64,000 bases of DNA from the NCBI RefSeq assembly GCF_003790525.1, contig NZ_CP033635.1; one strand, written 5' to 3'. Origin of the DNA: Escherichia coli (GTDB taxonomy: Bacteria > Pseudomonadota > Gammaproteobacteria > Enterobacterales > Enterobacteriaceae). Each line of letters begins with the position of its first letter. Position 1 is the first letter of the stretch. Below the pieces are notes generated by a model. The model did not search any database and had not been told where the DNA came from. It saw only the letters and a program-made list of their open reading frames with translations. Position numbers and translations under genes: made by a program. Shown piece after piece: positions 32,787-44,669 of this stretch.

Positions 32787-33767
32787 TTAGTGGTTCAGAA
32801 GATGGTTTGCCTCTTGTTTGATTTGTTGTAGTACGTTACGCACATGATTTATCTGATTAATTGCATCTTCTTTTTCTTTACGTAACCGCGCATCCAGTAA
32901 ATGATTTTCTGGCAATGGTGTTTCACTCATCTGGCGATAAGGGATCCACGGATTATCATCTTCGTCTTCAAAGCGGAACGCCGGCGCATAGTAATCAACC
33001 TCTTCTTCCAGGCCATATGCCGTCACCTGCGGCTCATCATCACCCAGGCAGATAAGGTGCGTTAATAACGCTTTGAACGGCATATCACCCTGACCTGAAA
33101 TACAGGCTTTATGACCCAGGCCACCCTCTTCTTTAACGATCAAGGCATCTTTGATATGGACCTGGGTAATATGCGGTGCCATCGTTTTTAAAGCGTCGAT
33201 GGGATGCTCATTTGCATTGATCATGTTCGCAAAATCAAACAGTAAGGAAAGAGATTCCATCTCACTTTCTTTGACCAGCGACACCAGCTCATGGCTTTTT
33301 AAATCTTCATGCTGTTCGATCGTAAAAGTCAGGCCGCTGTCCTGATACGTTTCTCGTACATAGGCAATGTCGTTAGCGATAATCGATAATACATCGCGCA
33401 AATTACCTTCATAACGCGGATAAAAACGTACGGAGGATGCCCCAGTTTTCAACGCGATGGCGACGGCTTCGTCAATAGATTTTTTATCTGAGGCGCTGGT
33501 TTCAATATGAATATCAAGGTTCAGACGGCGGGCTTTATCCCCAAAGGCAGAGAGTTCTTTATCGTCCATATTACCAAGAGAAAAACGCTCTCCATCCAGA
33601 ACATGGATTTTGACGCCACGTAGATTATTTTCACTTGCGATATCAAGTAAATCAGCAGGCAACACTCTTTCCAGTCGCATATTTAAATGAAAGGCATAAG
33701 CATGTAAATAAAGAGGAAGAGTGTCGACACGTTGTAGAATCTTTCTTGCGTTATTTATTGTCACCAT
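32787..33767 (-). CDS. yihM: Sugar phosphate isomerase/epimerase (xylose-isomerase-like TIM barrel)
   Basis: 326-aa ORF; conserved position. Confidence 0.82.
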   Translation of the reverse strand: MVTINNARKILQRVDTLPLYLHAYAFHLNMRLERVLPADLLDIASENNLRGVKIHVLDGERFSLGNMDDKELSAFGDKARRLNLDIHIETSASDKKSIDEAVAIALKTGASSVRFYPRYEGNLRDVLSIIANDIAYVRETYQDSGLTFTIEQHEDLKSHELVSLVKESEMESLSLLFDFANMINANEHPIDALKTMAPHITQVHIKDALIVKEEGGLGHKACISGQGDMPFKALLTHLICLGDDEPQVTAYGLEEEVDYYAPAFRFEDEDDNPWIPYRQMSETPLPENHLLDARLRKEKEDAINQINHVRNVLQQIKQEANHLLNH

Positions 33768-33774
33768 AAAACAC

Positions 33775-34485
33775 CTACAGATTAATGATGAGGTCTACGG
33801 CCTCAAATCGCCAATATTCAATATCTATCTGGACAATATTGCCCTGCTGGTCGGCGCGATGCTTTTCAATTAAGATCGCTGGCATACCCGCAGAACCGCC
33901 AAGATACTTGCTGATATCGCCCGGCATTCTGACGGGTTTGAAAATCAATTTTTTTACTACCGTCTCTTTTTGGTAGCACTTTTCCCAGACTGCAGAAAAT
34001 GAGTGGTTTTCAAGTTGTTCAATAAAACCCGGGGCAACTTCAGGATTAATATATGTTTCGTGATAGAAAACTTTATGTCCTTCCAGCGCCCCCCAGCCGG
34101 TGATGCGATAGAGTTCAGTTGATGGTGTCACTGCAATCAGTGGCGCGAGCGTCTCGGGAATATCGCTGGTACGGTTTTTCTCGGTAAACCCCCAGGAAGG
34201 CTCTCGTCCTTGCTCAATTGCGGCCCGCTGAAAGCTCGCTGACAGCTCCGGACTGTAATTAAATCGCGGCTGGGTCACGAACCACCCCTTACGATCCTTA
34301 CGGAAGATTTTGGATTCTGCCTCGAGGTTCAACAACGCCTGGCGCAGCGTCATACGTTTAATGCCCAGCAGTTCTCCCAGCTCTCTTTCTGAAGGGAGTT
34401 TTCCACCCGGCGTGGTGATGCCATCTTTCAACCACCGATCCAGTTTCTCTTTTGCATTTTCTACGGTGGATTGATTCTCCGCCAT
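33775..34485 (-). CDS. yihL: GntR-family transcriptional regulator
   Basis: N-terminal wHTH (LPSERELGELLGIKRMTLRQAL) plus UTRA-like C-terminal domain. Confidence 0.85.
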   Translation of the reverse strand: MAENQSTVENAKEKLDRWLKDGITTPGGKLPSERELGELLGIKRMTLRQALLNLEAESKIFRKDRKGWFVTQPRFNYSPELSASFQRAAIEQGREPSWGFTEKNRTSDIPETLAPLIAVTPSTELYRITGWGALEGHKVFYHETYINPEVAPGFIEQLENHSFSAVWEKCYQKETVVKKLIFKPVRMPGDISKYLGGSAGMPAILIEKHRADQQGNIVQIDIEYWRFEAVDLIINL

Positions 34486-34651
34486 TGTTTAATCCTTTTG
34501 GTTTAAACCAGATGAAGCATCTTACGCTTACGCCAAAAAAGAAAGCAATTAACGGTGTATGACTTTGCAGATAATTGTGACAAAGCTCTCTATTGACGTA
34601 ATCACAGACTTATAAGGGAGATACTCGCATTGGTGTGCGCTCACGACAGGT

Positions 34652-34685
34652 AAAAAAAAACCTGCCAGCGATGGCAGGTTTTTTA
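34652..34685. terminator. Rho-independent terminator downstream of typA (A-run/hairpin/T-run, potentially bidirectional)
   Basis: AAAAAAAAA-CCTGCCAGCGATGGCAGG-TTTTTT read directly. Confidence 0.8.
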
Positions 34686-34701
34686 TAACTAAAAAACGAA
34701 A

Positions 34702-36525
34702 TTAATCGTCTTTCGGTGCGCGGTTGGCGCGACGACGATCGTTTTCCGTCAGGTGACGTTTACGAATACGGATAGAGGTCGGAGTCACTTCTACCAGTTC
34801 GTCATCATCGATGAACTCCAGAGCTTGTTCCAGAGTCATGCGGATAGGCGGAACCAGAACAACGGCTTCGTCAGTACCGGAAGCACGCATGTTGGTCAGT
34901 TTCTTACCGGTCAGGCAGTTTACAGTCAGGTCGTTAGAGCGGCTATGAATACCGATAATCTGACCTTCGTAAACTTCTGCACCGTGACCGAGGAACAGCT
35001 TACCGCGATCTTGCAGACCGAACAGCGCGAACGCGACCGCTTTACCCTGACCGTTAGAGATCAGTACGCCGTTCTGACGCTGACCCACTTCACCCGGACG
35101 TACGTCGTCGTAGTGGCTGAAGGTGGAGTACAGCAGACCAGTACCGGAAGTCATGGTCATGAACTCAGAACGGAAGCCAATCAGACCACGGCTTGGGATC
35201 ACGTAGTCGAGACGTACGCGGCCTTTACCGTCTGGATTCATGTTTTTCAGGTCGCCTTTACGTTCGCCCAGCGCCTGCATTACAGAACCCTGATGCTGTT
35301 CTTCAACGTCCAGAGTCACGTTTTCATACGGCTCTTGTTTACGACCGTCGATTTCACGGAAGATAACTTTCGGACGGGATACCGCCAGTTCGAAACCTTC
35401 ACGACGCATGTTTTCGATCAGAACAGACAGGTGCAGTTCGCCACGACCAGAAACGCGGAACGCATCGGCGTCTTCGGTTTCTTCTACGCGCAGCGCAACG
35501 TTGTGTACCAGTTCTTTGTTCAGACGATCCAGGATCTGACGAGACGTTACGAACTTACCTTCTTTACCGCAGAACGGCGAGGTGTTAACGCAGAAGAACA
35601 TAGAAACGGTCGGCTCATCAACGGAGAGTGCCGGCAGCGCTTCAACGTTTTGCGTGTCGCAAACGGTGTCAGAAATGTTCAGTTCGCCAAGGCCCGTGAT
35701 CGCAACGATATCGCCAGCTTCCGCCAGATCGGTTTCGATACGTTCCAGACCGAGGTGGCCCAGCACTTTACCGACTTTCGCGTTGCGGGTTTTGCCTTCG
35801 CTATCGATGATAGTGACCTGCTGGTTCGGCTTCACTTTACCGCGCTTGATGCGGCCAATGCCGATAACGCCAACATAGCTGTTGTAATCGAGCTGAGAAA
35901 TCTGCATCTGGAACGGACCGTCAAGGTCAACGTCCGGCGCAGGAACGTGGTCAACAATCGCCTGGTACAGCGGGGTCATGTCTTCCGCCATATCTTCGTG
36001 GTCCAGACCCGCGATACCGTTCAGCGCAGAAGCGTAAACGATCGGGAAGTCCAGCTGCTCGTCGGTCGCGTCGAGGTTAACGAACAGATCGAATACCTGA
36101 TCCACAACCCAATCAGGACGCGCGCCAGGGCGGTCAACTTTGTTGATAACAACAATCGGCTTCAGGCCGTAAGCAAACGCTTTTTTGGTTACGAAGCGCG
36201 TTTGCGGCATCGGGCCGTCAAATGCGTCAACCACCAGCAGCACTGAATCTACCATGGACATTACACGTTCAACTTCACCACCGAAGTCGGCGTGCCCCGG
36301 GGTATCAACGATGTTGATACGGTAATCATTCCATTTGATAGCGGTGTTTTTCGCGAGGATGGTAATCCCACGCTCTTTCTCCAAATCGTTGGAGTCCATC
36401 ACGCGCTCTTGGGTTTCGGCACGAGAGTCGAACGTACCGGATTGTTGGAGCAGCTTGTCTACCAGGGTGGTTTTACCATGGTCTACGTGCGCGATGATGG
36501 CGATATTACGCAATTTTTCGATCAC
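34702..36525 (-). CDS. typA: Translational GTPase TypA/BipA
   Basis: 607 aa; G motifs [20 protein letters not shown]-like architecture. Confidence 0.95.
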   Translation of the reverse strand: MIEKLRNIAIIAHVDHGKTTLVDKLLQQSGTFDSRAETQERVMDSNDLEKERGITILAKNTAIKWNDYRINIVDTPGHADFGGEVERVMSMVDSVLLVVDAFDGPMPQTRFVTKKAFAYGLKPIVVINKVDRPGARPDWVVDQVFDLFVNLDATDEQLDFPIVYASALNGIAGLDHEDMAEDMTPLYQAIVDHVPAPDVDLDGPFQMQISQLDYNSYVGVIGIGRIKRGKVKPNQQVTIIDSEGKTRNAKVGKVLGHLGLERIETDLAEAGDIVAITGLGELNISDTVCDTQNVEALPALSVDEPTVSMFFCVNTSPFCGKEGKFVTSRQILDRLNKELVHNVALRVEETEDADAFRVSGRGELHLSVLIENMRREGFELAVSRPKVIFREIDGRKQEPYENVTLDVEEQHQGSVMQALGERKGDLKNMNPDGKGRVRLDYVIPSRGLIGFRSEFMTMTSGTGLLYSTFSHYDDVRPGEVGQRQNGVLISNGQGKAVAFALFGLQDRGKLFLGHGAEVYEGQIIGIHSRSNDLTVNCLTGKKLTNMRASGTDEAVVLVPPIRMTLEQALEFIDDDELVEVTPTSIRIRKRHLTENDRRRANRAPKDD

Positions 36526-36676
36526 AACTTTGCCTCAGGCATTAGAAATAGCGCGTTATTGTACACGGATTAATCGCACTACAAAACAGGATCACAAACA
36601 TCCTCCGCAAACAAGTATTGCAGAGTCCCTTTGTGATCGCTTTCACGGAGCATAAAAAGGGTTATCCAAAGGTCAT

Positions 36677-36760
36677 TGCACCAATATGGTGCTTAATGTT
36701 TCCATTGAAGCACTATATTGGTGCAACATTCACATCATGGTGCAGCCCTTTTGCACGATG
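36677..36760 (+). promoter_or_regulatory. NtrC enhancer sites upstream of glnA (TGCACC-N5-GGTGCA type)
   Basis: TGCACCAATATGGTGCT (36677-36693), GCACTATATTGGTGCAA (36710-36726) and a further TGGTGCA...TTGCAC repeat. Confidence 0.8.
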
Positions 36761-36797
36761 TTAAGCATGATAACGCCTTTTAGGGGCAATTTAAAAG

Positions 36798-36815
36798 TTG
36801 GCACAGTTTTCGCTT
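36798..36815 (+). promoter_or_regulatory. glnAp2 sigma-54 promoter (-24 GG / -12 GC)
   Basis: TTGGCACAGTTTTCGCTT upstream of glnA start. Confidence 0.85.
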
Positions 36816-36897
36816 TATCTTTTTTACGGCGACACGGCCAAAATAATTGCAGATTTCGTTACCACGACGACCATGACCAATCCAGGAGAGTTAAAGT

Positions 36898-38307
36898 ATG
36901 TCCGCTGAACACGTACTGACGATGCTGAACGAGCACGAAGTGAAGTTTGTTGATTTGCGCTTCACCGATACCAAAGGTAAAGAACAGCACGTCACTATCC
37001 CTGCTCATCAGGTGAATGCCGAATTCTTCGAAGAAGGCAAAATGTTTGACGGCTCCTCGATTGGCGGCTGGAAAGGCATTAATGAATCCGATATGGTGCT
37101 GATGCCAGACGCATCCACCGCAGTGATTGACCCGTTCTTCGCCGATTCTACCCTGATTATCCGTTGCGACATCCTTGAACCTGGCACCCTGCAAGGCTAT
37201 GACCGTGACCCGCGCTCTATTGCGAAGCGCGCCGAAGATTACCTGCGTTCTACTGGCATTGCCGACACCGTACTGTTCGGGCCAGAACCTGAATTCTTCC
37301 TGTTCGATGACATCCGTTTCGGATCGTCTATCTCCGGTTCCCACGTTGCTATCGACGATATCGAAGGTGCATGGAACTCCTCCACCCAATACGAAGGTGG
37401 TAACAAAGGTCACCGTCCGGCAGTGAAAGGCGGTTACTTCCCGGTTCCGCCGGTAGACTCTGCTCAGGATATTCGTTCTGAAATGTGTCTGGTGATGGAA
37501 CAGATGGGTCTGGTGGTTGAAGCCCATCACCACGAAGTAGCGACTGCTGGTCAGAACGAAGTGGCTACCCGCTTCAATACCATGACCAAAAAAGCTGACG
37601 AAATTCAGATCTACAAATATGTTGTGCACAACGTAGCGCACCGCTTCGGTAAAACTGCGACCTTTATGCCAAAACCGATGTTCGGTGATAACGGTTCCGG
37701 TATGCACTGCCACATGTCGCTGTCTAAAAACGGCGTCAACCTGTTCGCAGGCGACAAATACGCAGGTCTGTCTGAGCAGGCGCTGTACTATATTGGCGGC
37801 GTAATCAAACACGCGAAAGCGATTAATGCCCTGGCAAACCCGACCACCAACTCTTACAAGCGTCTGGTCCCGGGCTACGAAGCACCGGTAATGCTGGCTT
37901 ACTCTGCGCGTAACCGTTCTGCGTCTATCCGTATTCCGGTGGTTTCTTCTCCGAAAGCACGTCGTATCGAAGTACGTTTCCCGGACCCGGCGGCTAACCC
38001 GTACCTGTGTTTTGCTGCCCTGCTGATGGCCGGTCTTGACGGTATCAAGAACAAGATCCATCCGGGCGAAGCCATGGACAAAAACCTGTATGACCTGCCG
38101 CCGGAAGAAGCGAAAGAGATCCCACAGGTTGCTGGTTCTCTGGAAGAAGCACTGAACGAACTGGATCTGGACCGCGAGTTCCTGAAAGCCGGTGGCGTGT
38201 TCACTGATGAAGCGATCGATGCGTACATCGCTCTGCGTCGCGAAGAAGATGACCGTGTGCGTATGACTCCGCATCCGGTAGAGTTTGAGCTGTACTACAG
38301 CGTCTAA
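36898..38307 (+). CDS. glnA: Glutamine synthetase
   Basis: 469 aa; starts [24 protein letters not shown]; adenylylation-site region present. Confidence 0.97.
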
Positions 38308-38368
38308 TAGTTGAAGTTGTACTACCCGGCGCAACAACGCTGGGATTTAGTTGCCGTGGAAACTTTCA

Positions 38369-38393
38369 GCCCATCTCTGCATGGGCTTTTTTC
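38369..38393 (+). terminator. Rho-independent terminator after glnA
   Basis: GCCCATCTCTGCATGGGC hairpin followed by TTTTTTCT. Confidence 0.8.
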
Positions 38394-38435
38394 TCCGTCA
38401 ATTCTCTGATGCTTCGCGCTTTTTATCCGTAAAAA

Positions 38436-38459
38436 GCTATAATGCACTAAAATGGTGCA
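38436..38459 (+). promoter_or_regulatory. glnL promoter (TATAAT -10) overlapped by an NtrC site TGCACTAAAATGGTGCA
   Basis: Sequence read directly upstream of glnL. Confidence 0.7.
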
Positions 38460-38480
38460 ACCTGTTCAGGAGACTGCTTT

Positions 38481-39530
38481 ATGGCAACAGGCACGCAGCC
38501 CGATGCTGGGCAGATCCTCAACTCGCTGATTAACAGTATTTTGTTAATTGATGACAATCTGGCGATCCATTACGCCAACCCCGCCGCGCAACAACTGCTC
38601 GCCCAAAGCTCCCGCAAATTGTTTGGTACGCCGTTACCGGAACTGTTGAGCTACTTCTCATTAAATATCGAGCTGATGCAAGAAAGTCTGGAGGCGGGGC
38701 AAGGCTTTACCGATAACGAAGTGACGCTGGTCATCGACGGGCGCTCGCATATCCTTTCTGTGACGGCTCAGCGTATGCCGGACGGCATGATCCTGCTGGA
38801 GATGGCACCGATGGATAACCAGCGCCGCTTAAGTCAGGAACAGCTACAGCACGCCCAGCAGGTTGCTGCCCGTGATTTAGTGCGCGGCCTGGCACATGAG
38901 ATTAAAAATCCGCTTGGCGGTTTACGTGGCGCGGCGCAGCTGCTCAGCAAAGCATTACCTGACCCGTCACTACTCGAATATACCAAAGTGATTATCGAAC
39001 AGGCGGACCGGCTGCGAAATCTGGTCGACCGTCTGTTGGGGCCGCAGCTGCCCGGTACGCGTATTACCGAAAGTATTCACAAAGTGGCTGAACGCGTGGT
39101 GACGCTGGTGTCGATGGAACTGCCGAGCAACGTGCGGTTGATTCGGGATTACGACCCCAGCCTGCCGGAACTGGCGCACGACCCGGATCAAATTGAACAG
39201 GTCTTGCTGAATATTGTGCGCAATGCGCTACAGGCGCTGGGGCCGGAGGGTGGTGAAATCATTCTGCGTACCCGCACCGCGTTTCAACTGACCTTACACG
39301 GCGAGCGTTATCGGCTGGCGGCGCGAATTGATGTGGAAGATAACGGGCCAGGTATTCCGCCTCATTTGCAGGATACGCTGTTTTACCCGATGGTCAGCGG
39401 CCGCGAAGGTGGCACCGGGCTTGGCTTATCCATCGCCCGTAATTTGATTGATCAGCATTCAGGCAAAATTGAATTTACCAGTTGGCCAGGTCATACCGAG
39501 TTCTCGGTTTACCTGCCTATCAGGAAATAA
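38481..39530 (+). CDS. glnL: Nitrogen-regulation sensor histidine kinase NtrB
   Basis: 349 aa; H-box [11 protein letters not shown] and HATPase N/G boxes. Confidence 0.95.
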   Translation: MATGTQPDAGQILNSLINSILLIDDNLAIHYANPAAQQLLAQSSRKLFGTPLPELLSYFSLNIELMQESLEAGQGFTDNEVTLVIDGRSHILSVTAQRMPDGMILLEMAPMDNQRRLSQEQLQHAQQVAARDLVRGLAHEIKNPLGGLRGAAQLLSKALPDPSLLEYTKVIIEQADRLRNLVDRLLGPQLPGTRITESIHKVAERVVTLVSMELPSNVRLIRDYDPSLPELAHDPDQIEQVLLNIVRNALQALGPEGGEIILRTRTAFQLTLHGERYRLAARIDVEDNGPGIPPHLQDTLFYPMVSGREGGTGLGLSIARNLIDQHSGKIEFTSWPGHTEFSVYLPIRK

Positions 39531-39541
39531 AGGTGACGTTT

Positions 39542-40951
39542 ATGCAACGAGGGATAGTCTGGGTAGTCGATGACGATAGTTCCATCCGTTGGGTGCTTGA
39601 ACGTGCGCTCGCTGGAGCGGGTTTAACCTGTACGACATTTGAGAACGGCGCGGAAGTACTGGAGGCGCTGGCGAGCAAAACGCCGGATGTGCTGCTTTCA
39701 GATATCCGTATGCCGGGAATGGACGGGCTGGCGCTGCTCAAGCAGATTAAACAGCGCCATCCGATGCTTCCGGTCATCATTATGACCGCACATTCCGATC
39801 TGGATGCTGCCGTCAGCGCCTATCAACAAGGGGCGTTTGATTATCTGCCCAAACCGTTTGATATCGACGAAGCCGTCGCGCTGGTTGAGCGCGCCATCAG
39901 TCATTACCAGGAACAGCAGCAGCCGCGTAATGTTCAGCTTAACGGCCCAACGACCGATATCATCGGCGAAGCGCCAGCCATGCAGGACGTGTTCCGTATT
40001 ATCGGTCGGCTTTCGCGTTCTTCTATTAGCGTGCTGATTAACGGCGAATCCGGCACCGGTAAAGAACTGGTCGCTCATGCCCTGCATCGCCACAGTCCGC
40101 GAGCCAAAGCGCCATTTATCGCGCTGAATATGGCTGCTATCCCGAAGGATTTGATCGAATCAGAACTGTTTGGTCACGAGAAAGGCGCATTTACCGGCGC
40201 GAATACCATTCGTCAGGGGCGTTTTGAACAGGCTGATGGCGGTACATTATTCCTCGATGAAATTGGCGATATGCCGCTGGATGTGCAGACGCGTTTGCTG
40301 CGCGTGCTGGCAGACGGTCAGTTTTATCGCGTTGGCGGCTATGCGCCGGTGAAAGTGGATGTGCGGATTATCGCTGCCACTCACCAGAATCTTGAACAGC
40401 GGGTGCAGGAAGGTAAGTTCCGTGAGGATCTGTTCCACCGCCTGAACGTTATCCGCGTTCATCTGCCGCCATTGCGTGAGCGTCGGGAAGATATTCCCCG
40501 TCTGGCACGCCATTTTTTACAGGTTGCCGCGCGCGAACTGGGCGTAGAAGCGAAGTTGCTGCATCCGGAAACCGAAGCCGCGCTGACGCGCCTGGCGTGG
40601 CCAGGCAACGTGCGCCAGCTGGAAAACACCTGTCGCTGGCTAACGGTGATGGCCGCCGGGCAGGAAGTGTTGATTCAGGATTTGCCCGGTGAACTGTTTG
40701 AATCAACGGTTGCGGAGAGTACTTCGCAAATGCAACCGGACAGTTGGGCGACACTTTTAGCGCAGTGGGCAGACAGAGCGCTGCGTTCCGGTCATCAAAA
40801 CCTGCTTTCCGAAGCGCAGCCTGAGCTGGAGCGGACGTTACTGACGACCGCGTTGCGACATACGCAGGGGCATAAACAGGAAGCGGCGCGGCTACTCGGC
40901 TGGGGCCGCAACACCCTGACGCGTAAGTTAAAAGAGCTAGGGATGGAGTGA
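39542..40951 (+). CDS. glnG: Nitrogen-regulation response regulator NtrC (sigma-54 activator); ORF opens at 39482 overlapping glnL
   Basis: Receiver domain (VWVVDDD), AAA+ sigma-54 interaction domain ([14 protein letters not shown]), C-terminal HTH. Confidence 0.95.
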   Translation: MQRGIVWVVDDDSSIRWVLERALAGAGLTCTTFENGAEVLEALASKTPDVLLSDIRMPGMDGLALLKQIKQRHPMLPVIIMTAHSDLDAAVSAYQQGAFDYLPKPFDIDEAVALVERAISHYQEQQQPRNVQLNGPTTDIIGEAPAMQDVFRIIGRLSRSSISVLINGESGTGKELVAHALHRHSPRAKAPFIALNMAAIPKDLIESELFGHEKGAFTGANTIRQGRFEQADGGTLFLDEIGDMPLDVQTRLLRVLADGQFYRVGGYAPVKVDVRIIAATHQNLEQRVQEGKFREDLFHRLNVIRVHLPPLRERREDIPRLARHFLQVAARELGVEAKLLHPETEAALTRLAWPGNVRQLENTCRWLTVMAAGQEVLIQDLPGELFESTVAESTSQMQPDSWATLLAQWADRALRSGHQNLLSEAQPELERTLLTTALRHTQGHKQEAARLLGWGRNTLTRKLKELGME

Positions 40952-41062
40952 TTCACGGCTTGTGAGTAAAGATTGATTATTGAGCGCAAATTGCTGGTAT
41001 TTTGCGCTTTACTGTTCCGATAAGTTCAGTATGATCTTGCCCGGAAAACGGGGAGAGTCATT

Positions 41063-41173
41063 ATGCTGGAATCAATAATTAATCTGGTATCGAGTGGCGC
41101 AGTTGACAGCCACACACCACAAACTGCCGTTGCTGCCGTGCTGTGTGCCGCGATGATTGGGCTGTTTAGTTGA
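41063..41173 (+). CDS. yshB: 36-codon small hydrophobic protein ORF (MLESIINLVSSGAVDSHTPQTAVAAVLCAAMIGLFS)
   Basis: ATG 41063 to TGA 41171-41173, translated by hand; below ORF-track size cut-off; my recollection places small-protein gene yshB between glnG and hemN. Confidence 0.5.
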   Translation: MLESIINLVSSGAVDSHTPQTAVAAVLCAAMIGLFS

Positions 41174-41206
41174 GTTTCAGATTGCTGATGAAGTGCTCTT
41201 TGTTCA

Positions 41207-41297
41207 TGCCGGATGCGGCGTGAACGCCTTATCCGGCCTGCAAAAGCAATATTTTCAACAGGTTTTGTAGGCCTGATAAGCGTAGCGCATCAGGCAA
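41207..41297. repeat. REP/BIME palindromic elements
   Basis: GCCGGATGCGGCGTGAACGCCTTATCCGGCCTG and GTAGGCCTGATAAGCGTAGCGCATCAGGC read directly. Confidence 0.8.
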
Positions 41298-41362
41298 TCT
41301 TGTTCTCAGCACATTGATGGCGCTTTCGTTTTCTACTTTGTAAACGAAGCGCCATTCACTAT

Positions 41363-42736
41363 TTAAATCACCCGTGAGAACTGCTGCATCCGCGCTTTCT
41401 GGCGCAGATAGGTATCAAAGCACATGCAAATGTTGCGGATCAGCAAGCGACCTTTCGCCGTCACCTGAATCCCCTTCTCATCCACATCCACCAGCCCATC
41501 TTTTGCTAACGGGGCGAGCAGCTTGAGATCTTCCGCAAAGTAATCAGCGAAGTGCAAATCCCACTGTTGCTCAATGGGAGCGTAATCCAGACGGAAGTTG
41601 CAGATGAGCGACTTAATCACATCGCGGCGAATACAGTCATCACGCGTTAGCGCAATACCACGCCACAGCGCGTTGCCTTGTTCATCCACTTGCTGATAGT
41701 AGTGCTTCAACTCTTTCTGGTTCTGCGCGTAGCAGTCGCCAATCATACTGATGGCGGAAACGCCCATCCCCAGCAGATCGGTATCGCCCTGAGTGGTGTA
41801 GCCCTGGAAGTTACGATGCAGCACGCCTTCACGCTGGGCCACCGCCAGCTCGTCATCCGGGCGGGCAAAGTGATCCATCCCGATAAACTGATAGCCCGAT
41901 TGCGTCAGGAAGGCAATGGTTTCCTGCAGGATATCGAGTTTTTGCTGCGGACTCGGCAGGTCAGCATCTTTGATTTTGCGCTGAGCAGCAAAAATGGTCG
42001 GCAAATGCGCGTAGTTAAAGACGCTCAGACGATCGGGGTTCAGCTCCGCCACACGTTTCAGGGTAAAGGCAAAACTTTCCGGCGTCTGTTTCGGCAGACC
42101 GTAAATCAGGTCGATGTTGGTGGAGGTAAAGCCAATCTCACGCGCATGGTTAAGCAGTGCAAAGATGAACTCTTCATCCTGCTCGCGGTTAACCAGACGC
42201 TGTACTTCTTTGTTGAAGTCCTGCACGCCCATGCTCAGGCGATTAAAGTCCTCGGCGCGTAAATGATCGAGTACATCCAGTTCGATTTCGCGCGGATCGA
42301 CTTCGATCGAAATCTCCGCATCGGCATTGAACTGGAAGTTTTCGCGCAGCAGCTTCATCAGACGGCTGATTTGCGCTTTGTTCAGATACGTCGGCGTACC
42401 ACCGCCCCAGTGCAGCTGGCTCACCTTGCGCCCGGCAAAAAGCGGTGCACGATGGACGATTTCTTGCTCCAGCGCGTCCAGATACTGATCGGCCTTGTGC
42501 TGCTGGCGAGTAACTATCTTATTGCAACCGCAGAAGTAACAAAGCTTATGGCAGAACGGAATATGTACGTAGAGAGATAATGGACGCTCAGGATAGCGCG
42601 CCACGGCTTGTAAAAACGCCTGTTCGCCGAAGTCTTCTGAAAACTCCAGCGCGGTCGGGTACGAGGTGTATCGTGGCCCGGAATAGTTATATTTCTGGAT
42701 CAGGGCCAGATCCCAGTCGATTTGCTGTACAGACAT
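41363..42736 (-). CDS. hemN: Oxygen-independent coproporphyrinogen III oxidase (radical SAM); ORF extends to 42742
   Basis: Radical-SAM CxxxCxxC (CHKLCYFCGC). Confidence 0.95.
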   Translation of the reverse strand: MSVQQIDWDLALIQKYNYSGPRYTSYPTALEFSEDFGEQAFLQAVARYPERPLSLYVHIPFCHKLCYFCGCNKIVTRQQHKADQYLDALEQEIVHRAPLFAGRKVSQLHWGGGTPTYLNKAQISRLMKLLRENFQFNADAEISIEVDPREIELDVLDHLRAEDFNRLSMGVQDFNKEVQRLVNREQDEEFIFALLNHAREIGFTSTNIDLIYGLPKQTPESFAFTLKRVAELNPDRLSVFNYAHLPTIFAAQRKIKDADLPSPQQKLDILQETIAFLTQSGYQFIGMDHFARPDDELAVAQREGVLHRNFQGYTTQGDTDLLGMGVSAISMIGDCYAQNQKELKHYYQQVDEQGNALWRGIALTRDDCIRRDVIKSLICNFRLDYAPIEQQWDLHFADYFAEDLKLLAPLAKDGLVDVDEKGIQVTAKGRLLIRNICMCFDTYLRQKARMQQFSRVI

Positions 42737-42924
42737 GCTCACTCCTTCCGATGGCGTCTCTGGCGGCTACGGCGTACCGGCGGATGCCCGTTTCGGGTCA
42801 TCAGCCGGTTGCGCAGCCACTTTTGTCGCCGCGACAACCGCTGTAGTTTAACGAATAACCACACCAGATAACATATAACCGGAAGGGTTATCAGCAGAAC
42901 GGGAAGGCCCACGGCGGCAATCCG

Positions 42925-43434
42925 TTAGTTGCCCCGCAGCAGACGCATCATGTCTTCTTGCTTCTCGTCTTCTTCCTCTTCTTCGTCATCGTCATAAGAG
43001 AGGCCGAGTTTCTGCATCAACTCATCAATACGATCCAGTTTAGCATCCACCCAGGATTGCTCTTCGGCGCTCAGGGTTTCGCCTGCTTCCAGACGTTCCA
43101 GCAGCGCATCCAGACGCTCATCCGTTTCCAGTAATTCCAACTCCGCCTGCGGTGAAAGCATAGGTTTCTCACTCTTCGGTTTGTGCTGTTTGGTGACTTT
43201 TTCAGTCACGCCCAATGGAATAGGGGTTTTACTGCCAATACGTGGATCTTTTGGTGCGTTCTGGCCTTTGCTGCCTGACGAGGTGTTACCGCCCGCTGCG
43301 CGGCTGCCCGGCGCATGACCACGACGTTTTTTCTGACGCTTACGGTCACGAGCTTCCTGATCCAGCTCCTCGCGTGTTTTTCGACGCGCTTTTGCATGAC
43401 CTTTGCTGCGTGAGTTTGAAGATGATGGTTTCAT
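42925..43434 (-). CDS. yihI: Der GTPase-activating protein YihI; ORF extends to 43497, likely start MKPSSS
   Basis: Basic N-terminus and acidic C-terminus typical of YihI. Confidence 0.88.
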
Positions 43435-43502
43435 AATGGTTCGTCTTTTAGCCGTTTTATTCAGTATAGATTTGCGGCGGAATCTAACAGAAAGCAAGCA
43501 AA

Positions 43503-43745
43503 GAAAAAAGGCGACAGATTACTCTGTCGCCTTTTTTCCTGACTCATAACCCTTAACGGGTCTTACAATCCTTGCAGGCCGCCAACACACCCTGTTTTTC
43601 CATTAGCCGGAACAATCCGTGTTGATTCCATTTCCGTTTAATTACGTCTCCGGACGTTTGTCTTCCTGACAATCCTCTGTCTTCGCCTCCTGGCGCTCCT
43701 GACCCTCATCCTGAGTCATTGTTCCTGTTAGCGTCCTCGCTCTAT
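43503..43745 (-). ncRNA. csrC: CsrC small RNA (CsrA-sequestering)
   Basis: Reverse complement begins ATAGAGCGAGGACGCTAACAGGAACAATGACTCAGGATGAGGGTCAGGAGCGCCAGGAGG with multiple GGA motifs and ends in terminator GGCGACAGAGTAATCTGTCGCCTTTTTTCTT; matches remembered CsrC sequence and its position between engB and yihI. Confidence 0.9.
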
Positions 43746-44015
43746 GGGTGCTACTTTACGCCTTTGCTTTAAACAAACAATCAACCGCCATCAGTATTTG
43801 CACATTTTCAGAGTTTTATATAAAAGCAATTAACTGATTTATATAGCTTATTTGACATGCGTCGCAGAATTTTCTCTGCTATTTCGCATAAAGACTATCG
43901 GCAATGTCTCACAAAGCGTATGGCTTTTACTTACAACGCTCACGCCGAAAAATCCGCCTTTTATTATGGTTCAGGTATAATCGCCGCAAAGCTTTGACTG
44001 ACGGAGACGACCGCT

Positions 44016-44648
44016 TTGACTAATTTGAATTATCAACAGACGCATTTTGTGATGAGTGCGCCTGATATTCGCCACCTACCTTCCGATACCGGAATTGAAG
44101 TGGCTTTTGCAGGCCGTTCCAACGCAGGTAAATCCAGCGCGCTGAACACGCTGACTAACCAGAAAAGCCTGGCGCGGACCTCAAAAACCCCAGGGCGCAC
44201 CCAGCTTATCAACCTGTTTGAAGTGGCTGACGGCAAGCGTCTGGTTGACTTGCCTGGGTACGGTTATGCGGAAGTCCCGGAAGAGATGAAGCGCAAATGG
44301 CAGCGCGCGCTCGGCGAGTACCTCGAAAAACGTCAGAGCCTGCAAGGTCTGGTGGTGCTAATGGATATTCGCCATCCGCTGAAAGATTTGGATCAGCAGA
44401 TGATTGAGTGGGCGGTAGACAGCAATATCGCCGTGCTGGTGCTGCTGACCAAAGCGGACAAACTGGCAAGCGGCGCACGTAAAGCGCAATTGAATATGGT
44501 GCGTGAAGCGGTGCTGGCGTTTAACGGTGATGTGCAGGTTGAAACCTTCTCTTCACTGAAGAAACAAGGCGTGGACAAGCTGCGGCAGAAACTGGATACC
44601 TGGTTTAGCGAGATGCAGCCTGTAGAAGAAACGCAGGACGGCGAATAA
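44016..44648 (+). CDS. engB: Ribosome-biogenesis GTPase EngB/YihA (TTG start)
   Basis: 210 aa; G motifs [20 protein letters not shown]. Confidence 0.93.
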
Positions 44649-44669
44649 TTTTCTTGCCTTAATGCTTGT

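Noticed and set aside
34753-38337. 497-aa plus-strand ORF antisense to typA and 492-aa minus-strand ORF antisense to glnA
   Set aside because: Both overlap highly conserved genes on the opposite strand and have odd, Arg/Val-rich composition; typical shadow ORFs.
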